Below are positions 7,712-17,603 of a stretch of DNA of 64,000 nucleotides, piece by piece. The first letter of the stretch is position 1, and every line of letters begins with the position of its first letter. The notes below the pieces were generated by a model. That model was not told where the DNA came from. It made no database searches and saw only the letters and a program-made list of their open reading frames with translations. Both the position numbers and the translations under genes were made by a program. The stretch spans positions 479,036-543,035 of the IMG/VR virus record IMGVR_UViG_3300024239_000011, one strand, 5' to 3'.

Positions 7712-10063
7712 TTACTGTTGTATACCTTGGATGTCACCTTTGTTCGTCGTCACAACACCGGTCGAATCAATCCATGTGATCTTATTCAGTCCTGATATTG
7801 CCGCCCCTGGCGCTCCACCAATGGCACCATTGACTACATTGTTACCACCGAATAACGTTGGCTGCAATTTTTGAACAGATACACTTAGTCCATTACCGCC
7901 TGATATTGAAAAGTCTTGTGTAATATCAGGAAGATCAATGACGCGATATTCTAGCCACATTCCGCGATTACCAGAGACAGTATACGTTTTATAGAACCCA
8001 AAACTGTTAAGCGGGTTGTTTGATCCGTTCAATTCTTGAACAAGATTACTGATTGTCGTCAGTATGTCATGAGTGTCGATATGTACTTCGTTGACCCCAG
8101 GTACCGATTCGACAAACGTATAGGTGACATTATTCACGGTGATGGTTTGACCATTTGTTATTGTTGCCGGGAACAGTACGAGATAAGATTCGTAAAGAAA
8201 ACGACAGCCGCTTCCCGTGCCCGGTTCAACAATAAATGTATTTCCGATATCACTCACGGTTTTATGCTCGATGAATAACCCTTGCGTGCTTTCTTGATTT
8301 CCATTTTTTGTATACATAATAGTTGGGGCATTTTGTACCGTATAGGATGCAGTGTTAATATTCGCGTGTAGGGTCATGCGTAAATTTTCCAATGTGTCCG
8401 CAATTGATGTGCCAATGGCAATTTGCGAACCGAATGTAAAGGGTGTTCCCCCGACCCGGATAGTAGACCCCAAGGTTGGCTGGTCATACATGACCACATA
8501 GCCACGTGCCGGTTCCGCCGGTAGCGGTTGGGATGCACCACCGGAAACATTGGTGTCACCTCCATAGCCGCCTGCTCGCCCAAGTGCCCTTGCGGTACCA
8601 CCAGCACCACCCGTAACGATATTCCCCGATTGACCATTATTACCATGGCGTTCGTTAGTGCGTTCCACCAGACGATTTTCAGTTTTGCTGAATTTGGAAC
8701 TCACCGTGCCACCAATACCAGCATTGAAATCTGATCCGCCAGCACCACCGCCGCCGCCACTACCACCGACGTAAATTTTCATGAGGTTTACGTCATCCCA
8801 AATGATATTGGATGGCGCACCACCACCACCACCGCCGGTTCCAAAAATATGACCTTCGATGTTGCAGATGGAAATTGGATACGATAGCATCATGGATACA
8901 CCACCGGTCTTACCAGGGGCACCAATTTGCGGTGTGCGCGGGATATCATCGGTAGTGATATCACCACCATCACCACCCGCCCCACCGGCTCCAACAATAT
9001 AGCCTTTGTTAATGAGTTTAACCGTGGTAGCGGTATTCGTGAAATTACCAAGCATGAAAGCCGGTACGCTTTCGTCCATGCTACTGATCAATACCGACCG
9101 CCCAACACGTACCGTAATATTCAGCGGTTGCGTTGCTTCATTCCACAAAGGGTATTTTGTTAGAATGTAGTTTTTCAAACTGAAATTGTATGTGTTGCTA
9201 TCAAGGTTGATCGTGATATTGCTTGGTACGGTCGAATCAGGGACCGCCGCAGGCGGTATATAAACGTTGTTGCCTGTCTGAAAACCTTTGATCTTGAACA
9301 GGTTACAGAACCATCGAATGCCCACGGTTGCAGTTGAACTGTCTGAATGCAGCACCGCCTTAAGGACGAATTTACCGTACTTTGCGGTTCCTTCCTCACC
9401 GTCAGCCCAATAGGGGCTGAACGTCGTAAAGCCTGCTGGAATACCATAGTTGTTGTATGGTATGTAGAAATCATACTTGTAGAGAACTGAAAATCCTTTG
9501 AATGCGTAGTTGGCGCGCTCAGTTCCATCCAGTCCTGAGAATAGGAATGGGTCAATAATTGCTTCAAACACTACGGGGGCAGTGGAACCGTAACCACTAC
9601 TGTATGTTTGCTGACCGGTGTTTACTTTACCATTTGCGACGTATGAATTGCCACCGAACGCAGGTAATGTATCAGTCAATTTACCACGTATTACGTCAAA
9701 TCCCAGGACGGTTGATCCATTAATCGTTTGAACCCCAGGGGTATCATTGTTGATGTATTGCAACTCGATTGCACCAGTCACATTTCGTTGTATCTTGTTC
9801 AATACTTGTGACATTGCTTCAATCGTCGGGTTACTGCTCGTACCAGTGTTTGTAGTTGTACCGGTTACAAGGTCACGGTCGGTGACCAAGTTGGTCCACG
9901 TGTCTCGTATGTATGCTTCGATCCGATTATTCGAATAGCGCACCATTCCGTTGATCGAATCCGCCGGTAGCGGGCGTTGAACTGTTGTTCCCTCGGGAAT
10001 ACCTAAGTGGCTGGTATCGGTCTGGGCTATGTTACCCTTTTGTATGGACTTACCTACGCGCAT
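7712..10063 (-). CDS. Tail fibre/receptor-binding-like protein with a Gly-rich segment
   Basis: 783 aa. N-terminal GTTxxRP...G.VRY..E.Y..W module; GxGGxGG repeats typical of phage fibres. Confidence 0.7.
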   Translation of the reverse strand: MRVGKSIQKGNIAQTDTSHLGIPEGTTVQRPLPADSINGMVRYSNNRIEAYIRDTWTNLVTDRDLVTGTTTNTGTSSNPTIEAMSQVLNKIQRNVTGAIELQYINNDTPGVQTINGSTVLGFDVIRGKLTDTLPAFGGNSYVANGKVNTGQQTYSSGYGSTAPVVFEAIIDPFLFSGLDGTERANYAFKGFSVLYKYDFYIPYNNYGIPAGFTTFSPYWADGEEGTAKYGKFVLKAVLHSDSSTATVGIRWFCNLFKIKGFQTGNNVYIPPAAVPDSTVPSNITINLDSNTYNFSLKNYILTKYPLWNEATQPLNITVRVGRSVLISSMDESVPAFMLGNFTNTATTVKLINKGYIVGAGGAGGDGGDITTDDIPRTPQIGAPGKTGGVSMMLSYPISICNIEGHIFGTGGGGGGAPSNIIWDDVNLMKIYVGGSGGGGGAGGSDFNAGIGGTVSSKFSKTENRLVERTNERHGNNGQSGNIVTGGAGGTARALGRAGGYGGDTNVSGGASQPLPAEPARGYVVMYDQPTLGSTIRVGGTPFTFGSQIAIGTSIADTLENLRMTLHANINTASYTVQNAPTIMYTKNGNQESTQGLFIEHKTVSDIGNTFIVEPGTGSGCRFLYESYLVLFPATITNGQTITVNNVTYTFVESVPGVNEVHIDTHDILTTISNLVQELNGSNNPLNSFGFYKTYTVSGNRGMWLEYRVIDLPDITQDFSISGGNGLSVSVQKLQPTLFGGNNVVNGAIGGAPGAAISGLNKITWIDSTGVVTTNKGDIQGIQQ

Positions 10064-10073
10064 ATACCCACCT

Positions 10074-10874
10074 TTAGAATTGATCGAAATTGCGGAATTT
10101 ATAAAGCATTACCATCCAGCGAACGCCAATTTGGGTGTAGTCATTGCTGTTGAAGAAACTTTGTAGTCGCATAGTAAGACGGAACTTTCCGTAATCCTGG
10201 GAGGCAGTGTCGGTTGTTATTGGCAGCATCGTAGTTGAGTTGTGCCAATATTTGTTACCGCTGTTCATGCCATCCATGATTTCGAACAAACAACTGAATG
10301 CATCGTATTTGTAGTTTCCACGATTTGACTGATCAAAACCAACCAACGCCGCAATATCGATTATGAAACGCGCTTCAAACCAACCATTTTGTACCGAATT
10401 CGACCCAGCGTTGGGAATATTTCCCACGATGAAGTTTGATTCCGCGTCGTATAGTCCGATGGTAATATTGTCAGATGACGGGTTTTCTACGGTAATCCAT
10501 GATGGTTGAATAGTTGGTTGTCCTACCCCATAACTGTACCCAATCGTAGGATATTTACCAACCCCAAGTACCACACTTCCGGTTCGTGTTTCATTCAGGC
10601 GTTTGAGAATTTCCGAAATAACCCCACGGGTCAGATTACTCGAAGTATCTGTCGTGTCGGGCGTATACCCTTCTGGGGTTAAGTCTTTAGTTGTGATCAA
10701 GTTGACCCAATGACCATTAATGTAGGCTTCATAGCGACTACTATTATTGTTGAAGCGAACTTCACCACCCCCTGCATTTGCCGGTTGTTCAGAAGTTCTC
10801 CCACGTGGAAACTGGTAGTAGTTTTTCGCAGTAACAGACACATCAGTTGTGAAATCAATCTTTCCCGTGCGCAT
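10074..10874 (-). CDS. Tail-fibre-associated structural protein (paralog)
   Basis: Shares the N-terminal module and the YGKF...IGVRW...YKFRNF C-terminal domain with neighbours. Confidence 0.65.
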   Translation of the reverse strand: MRTGKIDFTTDVSVTAKNYYQFPRGRTSEQPANAGGGEVRFNNNSSRYEAYINGHWVNLITTKDLTPEGYTPDTTDTSSNLTRGVISEILKRLNETRTGSVVLGVGKYPTIGYSYGVGQPTIQPSWITVENPSSDNITIGLYDAESNFIVGNIPNAGSNSVQNGWFEARFIIDIAALVGFDQSNRGNYKYDAFSCLFEIMDGMNSGNKYWHNSTTMLPITTDTASQDYGKFRLTMRLQSFFNSNDYTQIGVRWMVMLYKFRNFDQF

Positions 10875-12244
10875 CAGAAATTCCTATACTTGGTTAGCTG
10901 CCCAACCCACGAAATACCAACCGCATTTGCATAGTATCCAGCAGCACCGTATAATCCGATGTGGACGTTGAAGATGCCATAGTTGGTATCGTTAACACTG
11001 GTCCATGCAGGGGTCATATTAACGGTATAGCGAAGAGGAACGCCCGCATATCCCGAGTTGCCTGACGCGGTGTAATACCAGTCGAAAATTTTGGTCAAAC
11101 CCGTGAAGATGTTGATTTTATAGTCTTTGACCTTGGATGCAGGGACACCACAGGCTTTGAATATATCAAACTGAAAATCCAGCGAGAAACTGGTGCCGTG
11201 AACTGACGCATAGAAATAGGTTTCGAGACGAACATACGATCCGTTTTTCGGAAGCGTTATATAGGCATCGGTAGTATACCCGGCACCTTTATCGACAACC
11301 GAGAATGCTTTGATGGCGCCATTATCTACGATAGGCTGAAATACTGCTGGGGTTGTATGGGTACCGTGAATGGTAATTGGACCGAGATTGGAGGCATATC
11401 CGGCGCCGGAATCGATCACGCGCACAGCAAGTATTTTACCGTTACCCAGCGTGACAGAGATCGCCCCGCCGGTTCCTGAAGTATCTTCGATGACGACGGT
11501 TGGGTTGGTATAATCGCGCCCGCGCGTAATCATTCGCGCTCCCGTGATCACACCATTGGTGACATCAAGCGCCATTTCCGCGCCATATCCAGTTGGATCG
11601 GTAATGCGGGCAGTCGGTTCGGTGTATCCATGACCGCCAGCAGTTACCGTAACAGTGTCAATCAACCCATCACCGAGAATCGGTACCGCGTATGCACGCA
11701 TGTAGTTTAGGTTTTCATTGACGAATGGATTGAGAGTAATCCCGCCGGTACTCGTACCGGAGTACGTGAAACCCTCATTAGCCGCACTACCATTGACGAT
11801 GTACAGAGGCATTGCACTGTTCGAGTCGTCTGGCATGTAGTCTTCTACCGATGGTGGGAAGAAACTTCCACCGGTTCCGGTATGGCTGGTGTTGTGCCAA
11901 ATATCGAACGACCCCACCGACATCTTGAAGAAGTCGGAGATCATCCCGGCCAACATTTCCACGGTCATGTTGGCGTTTGGGTCCACAAATTCCAGATCAC
12001 TGCTATTAGTGACCAGATCGAGCAACGATACCAGCGGGGTCCATTCTCCATCCTGATACACTTCAAGAGCGCCAGTTGAACCACCACCAACGTTGATGTC
12101 GGTGTTATAGCGGATTTGCCCAGAAGTGGGGCTACGATCACCAACTACAGTGCTTTCACGGTCATCGGTAGACCCGGATGGCATCGCAATAAAGCCATGT
12201 CCATTCACTTCTACGGTTGATGGTTCCAGTCTACCAAATTTCAT
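10874..12244 (-). CDS. Tail-fibre-associated structural protein (paralog with GxGY beta-repeat insert)
   Basis: Start MKFGR at 12244 (ATGA overlap); repeats VTAGGHGYT, RGRDYT, DSGAGY, DKGAGYT. Confidence 0.65.
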   Translation of the reverse strand: MKFGRLEPSTVEVNGHGFIAMPSGSTDDRESTVVGDRSPTSGQIRYNTDINVGGGSTGALEVYQDGEWTPLVSLLDLVTNSSDLEFVDPNANMTVEMLAGMISDFFKMSVGSFDIWHNTSHTGTGGSFFPPSVEDYMPDDSNSAMPLYIVNGSAANEGFTYSGTSTGGITLNPFVNENLNYMRAYAVPILGDGLIDTVTVTAGGHGYTEPTARITDPTGYGAEMALDVTNGVITGARMITRGRDYTNPTVVIEDTSGTGGAISVTLGNGKILAVRVIDSGAGYASNLGPITIHGTHTTPAVFQPIVDNGAIKAFSVVDKGAGYTTDAYITLPKNGSYVRLETYFYASVHGTSFSLDFQFDIFKACGVPASKVKDYKINIFTGLTKIFDWYYTASGNSGYAGVPLRYTVNMTPAWTSVNDTNYGIFNVHIGLYGAAGYYANAVGISWVGQLTKYRNF

Positions 12245-12984
12245 CGGGTCACCTTTATGCACCACATATTAGTTGGATTATCAACATGTCCCGGTCCCGT
12301 TAAAGGCAATGTGCCATTAACGAGGAAAGATGACACGTCGAGATATAGTCGATTGGTATTATACAAATATATTTCATCAGGAATTACCATGCGTCCCTGA
12401 TTGTCGTAAACTAATGCCATGACAACGCGCTTATTCAATCCATGATCAATTGGAATTAAGCGCGACCCAGCCGTAATACCCATTGCCAGCATAGTGGCAT
12501 CCAATAGAATTTGCCCACCAACCGGATTGTTCAATACTACGGTAACGATGTTGCTGTGGTCAAAAAAAACGTCATTTGTTTGGGCATCTGGGGGTCCAAC
12601 AAGTTCCCAATGTGGTGTAGGTTGAAATGTCCACGCATAAAGCTTACGCCGGTCAGTATCCCAAAATAATTGCCCTTCAATAAGACCATTGGGTAGGGTA
12701 TTCCCAACTTGTACGCCGGTAGCAATAACCCAATGCGTTCCGTCGTACACATACAACTTGAAATCAGTTGTATTGAACCAGATTTGCCCAGTTAACGGAT
12801 TGCCTTCAGGTGCGGTCGGATTGGCAAAATTTTCAAGTAAGTGAACAAGGTTTTCTGCCCAAATTTCACCATAGTTGACGAAATTACGCCCAAGTAGTTT
12901 CAATGAAGTGTGGGTGGAATCAACAACACCATCTTCGAGGGTAACTACGGCTTCACCGTTGTATTTGTTAATCAAATAGGACAT
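12241..12984 (-). CDS. Baseplate/tail structural protein
   Basis: SLKLLGRNFVNYGEIWAENLVHLLENFA...GQIWFNT...LYVYDG..W, typical of large myovirus tail proteins; late box 13000-13005. Confidence 0.7.
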   Translation of the reverse strand: MSYLINKYNGEAVVTLEDGVVDSTHTSLKLLGRNFVNYGEIWAENLVHLLENFANPTAPEGNPLTGQIWFNTTDFKLYVYDGTHWVIATGVQVGNTLPNGLIEGQLFWDTDRRKLYAWTFQPTPHWELVGPPDAQTNDVFFDHSNIVTVVLNNPVGGQILLDATMLAMGITAGSRLIPIDHGLNKRVVMALVYDNQGRMVIPDEIYLYNTNRLYLDVSSFLVNGTLPLTGPGHVDNPTNMWCIKVTR

Positions 12985-13002
12985 TATTCACCATCCACGT
13001 AT

Positions 13003-14073
13003 TTATCGGCTAATTTTTACACACCATTTATTCGTGCTGTTGTCCGGAAGACTTGGCCCGTTATTTGGCAGTATCCCAGAAAACAAGAAAGACGACACAT
13101 CAATCAATGCGACTGTGGTAGAATACAAATACACTTCGTCGGGAATGACCATCTTCCCCTGGTTGTCGAATACCTGAACAATGTTGTAGCGGTTATCGAG
13201 GTCATGGAAGACACGAAGCAATTTCATCCCTGGCTCAATACCCATAGACATCATGGTAGAATCGATCTGTATTTGTCCTGCCCCTGCCGTACCAGTTACT
13301 ACGGTTAGGAAGTTGGTGTGGTCGAACAATTCCGTATGAGTATTTGCCCCGGTTAATGGCACCCACCCTTTTTTGGCATTGAAATATTCAGGGCAGTCAT
13401 AATCAGTATTGAAACGAAAATCACCGGGTACCGCTACACCTGGGCGATCTACTGTCGTACTGGAAGGTAGCTTTAAGCTTCCCTTTCGATCCATGATGAA
13501 ACGGGCATTGGTATCTGAATAGAAGTCGTCCAGTTTGAAAATATCATCGGTGATTTTTAGTCGTTCAACGGCATTTACAACTACACGGAATCGGGGATTT
13601 CCTGCCGACGTACCGTGCTGGGTAAATTCCGTCTTGGTTTGATTGACATATTGGTAGGTATTTCCATTGATTCCGACCGAATAATCGTCGTCGGTCACGA
13701 TCAGACGATCACGATTGTCCACGATTACGTGGAACCGCGAGTTCCCAGGTGAAGTGCCATACTTGCGAAAAATTGTGCGCGTCTCGGTGATATTCAAATG
13801 GGTATTCCCATTGATATCAAGGTTGAGATCGCCCCCGGACGGAAGTTGTCCATCAATCCGGGTCTGTGTAACGATTACTTTATCTGTACCAGCCACCGAG
13901 AGCTTAAGCGAACCTGTCGTGGGGGCGATATTCAGCCGGGCATACGTATCGGCAGCAACAAGGTAATCCTTGGTGTCGTCGGTGGTGATCTTGAAACGAA
14001 CGTTATCACTCCCGGTGAAATGAGGGATGTTCGTAACAAGGATTTGGTTTTTGTCTTTTATGACACCAGTCAT
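13003..14073 (-). CDS. Tail structural protein; C-terminal domain paralogous to 12241-12984
   Basis: FDHTN...DNQGKMVIPDEVYLY...DVSSFL...WCVKISR versus FDHSN...DNQGRMVIPDEIYLY...DVSSFL...WCIKVTR. Confidence 0.7.
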   Translation of the reverse strand: MTGVIKDKNQILVTNIPHFTGSDNVRFKITTDDTKDYLVAADTYARLNIAPTTGSLKLSVAGTDKVIVTQTRIDGQLPSGGDLNLDINGNTHLNITETRTIFRKYGTSPGNSRFHVIVDNRDRLIVTDDDYSVGINGNTYQYVNQTKTEFTQHGTSAGNPRFRVVVNAVERLKITDDIFKLDDFYSDTNARFIMDRKGSLKLPSSTTVDRPGVAVPGDFRFNTDYDCPEYFNAKKGWVPLTGANTHTELFDHTNFLTVVTGTAGAGQIQIDSTMMSMGIEPGMKLLRVFHDLDNRYNIVQVFDNQGKMVIPDEVYLYSTTVALIDVSSFLFSGILPNNGPSLPDNSTNKWCVKISR

Positions 14074-14084
14074 GTATTCACCAC

Positions 14085-15881
14085 TTAACAGAAGTTGTGC
14101 CGGATAAAGCCGTAAAGGTATTTACCGTCGCAATGAAACTCGATAACGTCGGTTGCGTTCGGTACAGTAGTCAGACGTGGTTTCCCGCCGGGGAACTTAA
14201 TCATGTCTGCAAATTTGATGTCGTGACCACCAACATCGTCTTGATGGATGAAGAGGACATAGGTGTGACCCGCCACGCACCCATCCACCGACAGTTCGAT
14301 AGGTTTGTCCAAGAAAAGGGTCATGGTCCGCGAGCGATTCATCAACCAAACCGTTTTTGCATCACACGGAAGTTCACCATGTGAGACGGTCATTACTTCG
14401 TTCCAGCCGGTTACCTCGCAGACTTCAAAGCTGGTCGTCTCTTCGTTGTAGCGAATCAGCCCGGTTTCATGCTCGCCTCGGTCATAGGTTCGGCCACATG
14501 GAACTTTCAAACCGCGCCGCCCACCAACACGTAGATTGGACGCCAGAGAAATGACCGGATTACCAAGGGCACCGTCTCCATTTACTATGTCGATTTGATC
14601 TGGTTGACCAACCAGGGTACGACCAACCAGATTATCACCCACCTTGATCATCACCCCACCGAGGACACCCGTAACCTTATCAACTACGGCACCGTCTTGC
14701 TTCAGGTCGCGCCCATCAATCACTCCACCATCTGGGAATACGATACTGCCACGGATGTACAGATCGCCTTTGATTGCATCACCCGTTTTGGTAATGAAAC
14801 GGTCGTCCGCCTCTGACTTGGTGTAGTGGTTCGGAAGCTGGGTCTGAATGATTGCGTTCGACAAACCCTTGACCACGCCAGAACCGCGCACGTCGCCCTG
14901 GAAGGTTAGTTTGAAATCGGAGGCACCGATCTCTGGGTTCCCATCGAAACCGTCTCCATGGCGTACCGTAATACCACTGACACCCTTAATTTCACGCGGG
15001 GCAGTCTCGGTACCGGGACGACGTTGAACCACGAAGCCTGCGGCGTTGCCCAAGGTGGAACGCAAATATCGAGTATCATTGTAATCGCGGTCGCCAATAT
15101 GAGTACCATAGATGGGTTCCTTGACGCCCTTCAGGTAATTACCATTGAGATCAAGGGTTCCCATCATCTTCCCACCGGTCGTGGAAAGCACTTCATTGGT
15201 GTCAAGACGGAGGTTCAGAACTATGTCCTCAAGGTTTTTAACCTTCACCGAGCCTTTGACATCGCCCCGCACCACCAGATTGAAGCCCTTAATACCCACG
15301 GTCGGCGGACCCTGTACACCGTCATGATTTAGGACGCGCAAGCCATCAATGGCTTCAAGATGACGCCCAGTGAATACGCCATCTGCTTGCCGCACCAGAA
15401 TACCACTTTTGGTATTTATGCGGTCTAGCAGCAGTCCATCCTTGGTTAAATCACGACCAGCAACCGTGAAACCGTCATCAACATGAATGTTGGCGTTCTT
15501 CATGACCAGATCACCTGTCATGGTATCGCCGGTTTGGTTGACGTAGGTGTTTGAGCCATCTTCGACTGAAACAATACGTCCTTTTATATCCACTGTGATT
15601 TTAGCTGCATCGTATGTACCGGCAACAACACCGGTTTCTGTCAGGCACAACTTGATTTTGAGGGGGTCGCTGCCTTCAGCAATGTATGAGGAAACGCCAA
15701 CAACATCACCCTCTACCTTGATGAACTTGTTCTGGATGCGACTAATTTCATCTGCCGCCTGTCCTAGATTATCTGCGATAGAGGCAAAGTTGTCCCGAAA
15801 ACCCTGTGTTGAATTTGCCTGCTTGGCCTTCGGAAAGTCTTTGTCAATGCCGGTAATGTCTATTTTTGACCCAAATGCCAT
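14085..15881 (-). CDS. Tail fibre-like structural protein
   Basis: SQGFRDNF-like N-terminus, repeated KTGDTMTGDL-type and NGDGxxGNP motifs; late box 15907-15912. Confidence 0.7.
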   Translation of the reverse strand: MAFGSKIDITGIDKDFPKAKQANSTQGFRDNFASIADNLGQAADEISRIQNKFIKVEGDVVGVSSYIAEGSDPLKIKLCLTETGVVAGTYDAAKITVDIKGRIVSVEDGSNTYVNQTGDTMTGDLVMKNANIHVDDGFTVAGRDLTKDGLLLDRINTKSGILVRQADGVFTGRHLEAIDGLRVLNHDGVQGPPTVGIKGFNLVVRGDVKGSVKVKNLEDIVLNLRLDTNEVLSTTGGKMMGTLDLNGNYLKGVKEPIYGTHIGDRDYNDTRYLRSTLGNAAGFVVQRRPGTETAPREIKGVSGITVRHGDGFDGNPEIGASDFKLTFQGDVRGSGVVKGLSNAIIQTQLPNHYTKSEADDRFITKTGDAIKGDLYIRGSIVFPDGGVIDGRDLKQDGAVVDKVTGVLGGVMIKVGDNLVGRTLVGQPDQIDIVNGDGALGNPVISLASNLRVGGRRGLKVPCGRTYDRGEHETGLIRYNEETTSFEVCEVTGWNEVMTVSHGELPCDAKTVWLMNRSRTMTLFLDKPIELSVDGCVAGHTYVLFIHQDDVGGHDIKFADMIKFPGGKPRLTTVPNATDVIEFHCDGKYLYGFIRHNFC

Positions 15882-15906
15882 ATTCCCGCCCTCGTGCTGT
15901 TCTGAA

Positions 15907-15936
15907 TATTTATCCAGAGAGAGGGTTGCCTAAATA
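15907..15936. promoter_or_regulatory. Back-to-back T4-late-type promoter boxes (TAAATA on both strands)
   Basis: TATTTA 15907-15912 and TAAATA 15931-15936 in a 60-nt divergent intergenic gap. Confidence 0.7.
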
Positions 15937-15941
15937 CTGGC

Positions 15942-16460
15942 ATGAAGATGATCGAGCTATTCGAGTATACAGTTGATGGTTTCGTGATCCAAAATAGCGC
16001 GAGCATGATCACACCGGCTGGTGAAGTCATACCGTGTGATTTCGCTGGGCACAGTGATACCGTGGTACATTGGATGGAAGTTAATGATCCAGACACTCTA
16101 GCACAGTGGATCAACGATGGGATTGTTGGCTGGACTGCCGTTAATGGGCACAAAACTGTAAGTGATGAGCAAAAAGTGATGGAAGCAGCCATTCTACATG
16201 GGTGGGTACGGTATTACTTTAGCGGCAAGGTCAATGATTGGGACGAATTTATTCTTCGTTATGTCAGAAATGCTCGTTATCTGGTAGGTTTTACATGTTC
16301 CCCCTCCCACCTCAATGGGAATACTGCTACTGCTTGCTTTCGATTATTAACAAATTTGCAGAAGATGCAGCCGATTGCAGTGGAATTGGGCGGATATACA
16401 GAGTCGTCATATTCGGTGGTACCGTACCGGAAGGCGGTGGAATTCTTCCGATCAATATGA
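15942..16460 (+). CDS. Putative capsid-packaged protein (MKMIELFE N-terminus)
   Basis: Late box directly upstream; Alt-like N-terminus; distant paralog of 55365-55820. Confidence 0.6.
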   Translation: MKMIELFEYTVDGFVIQNSASMITPAGEVIPCDFAGHSDTVVHWMEVNDPDTLAQWINDGIVGWTAVNGHKTVSDEQKVMEAAILHGWVRYYFSGKVNDWDEFILRYVRNARYLVGFTCSPSHLNGNTATACFRLLTNLQKMQPIAVELGGYTESSYSVVPYRKAVEFFRSI

Positions 16461-16472
16461 CTTTTATGCGGT

Positions 16473-16480
16473 TATAAATA
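16473..16480 (+). promoter_or_regulatory. T4-late consensus promoter TATAAATA
   Basis: Exact match upstream of the ORF at 16527. Confidence 0.7.
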
Positions 16481-16526
16481 CCTCCACACACAGGGAGTAA
16501 TTCCACACACATCACCGGAGGTAATT

Positions 16527-17531
16527 ATGACGGATAACCCGTTTTCGATTCGTTTTTCCTGTCTTGAACTTGCTCTAAAGTCGTCCATCGACCCAGAGAA
16601 TGTGCTTCTCACCGCCACCAAATACTACAATTTCGTCAATGGTGATTTTACTTCCATTCCTGAATTGTCAGACAAAGTGAAGTTAGTTCAGCGCGAAAAC
16701 TCTCCCAACCTTTCCAAGGTGTCGGTCCAAATCCGTGACACTGGTTACGAAACCACAGTGCTTGAGCGTATTCGCAAGGCACCGGAGCGCAAGATTTTTG
16801 CCATCGATTTGGAAGACAAGTCTCCTGAAGACATTGTTGAAGCTCTTGAGGAATACAAATCCAAGTTCGAAACGTTGATTGAACTCAAGGCCATGAAGAA
16901 GCTTGCTGGTGTTAGCGAAGACATCGACCTAGATGCGCTCTCGCCAACAGATGATAGTCCAACCCTTTGTGAGTTTAATCGTGCAGAAGTTCTCGAAATG
17001 AAGAACCTACGCAACCTTGTTGCCGATGAGTCAACGGCGGAAAATGAAGAACTTGCCAACGCGATCACCAAACTGAAAGCGTCGATCAATTACAAACCGA
17101 AATTTGGTGGTAAGATCACCAATCCCATCGAAACTTTGTTCCGCGCTGCTGATACCAAGATCGCTGAAGTAGCAGAAGATGGCGAAAGCATCAATGCCAC
17201 CCTACAGTACGCAGTGGATAAAGCGATCAATGAAGCTGCTCGTGTATTGATCGTGGCTAAGGTAGATCAAATCATGGTGCCAATGTCGGTTATTCTAGCA
17301 CTAGATCACGCAGCATTGGGTACCAAGAGCATCAATCCGGATAATGGCATGGCAATGTTCTCGTTCTTGTCAGGTGGGTATGTGGAGATTCGTGAAAGCG
17401 TTGATCCGGAAACTGAAAATCTTGCACCGTATGATTATTTGGTTATGCGGGGGACGATGGGTAGTCAGTCACCGAAAGATTATAATGGGCGTACCATATA
17501 TTTGGTACGGGATGCTTCTCCACGAGCATAA
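16527..17531 (+). CDS. Hypothetical late protein
   Basis: 334 aa, RBS GGAGG, own late promoter and terminator. Confidence 0.75.
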   Translation: MTDNPFSIRFSCLELALKSSIDPENVLLTATKYYNFVNGDFTSIPELSDKVKLVQRENSPNLSKVSVQIRDTGYETTVLERIRKAPERKIFAIDLEDKSPEDIVEALEEYKSKFETLIELKAMKKLAGVSEDIDLDALSPTDDSPTLCEFNRAEVLEMKNLRNLVADESTAENEELANAITKLKASINYKPKFGGKITNPIETLFRAADTKIAEVAEDGESINATLQYAVDKAINEAARVLIVAKVDQIMVPMSVILALDHAALGTKSINPDNGMAMFSFLSGGYVEIRESVDPETENLAPYDYLVMRGTMGSQSPKDYNGRTIYLVRDASPRA

Positions 17532-17537
17532 ACCAAC

Positions 17538-17568
17538 GGGGCGGGAGAACTCTCGCCCCTTCTTCTTT
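17538..17568 (+). terminator. Rho-independent terminator
   Basis: GGGGCGGGAG/CTCTCGCCCC stem followed by a T-rich tract. Confidence 0.65.
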
Positions 17569-17603
17569 CCGCTAAATACCCTGGAATCAAACCAGGGGGC
17601 AGC

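Noticed and set aside
7712-15881. Diversity-generating retroelement acting on the fibre paralogs
   Set aside because: No reverse transcriptase and no near-identical template/variable repeat pair; similarity is only at the protein level.
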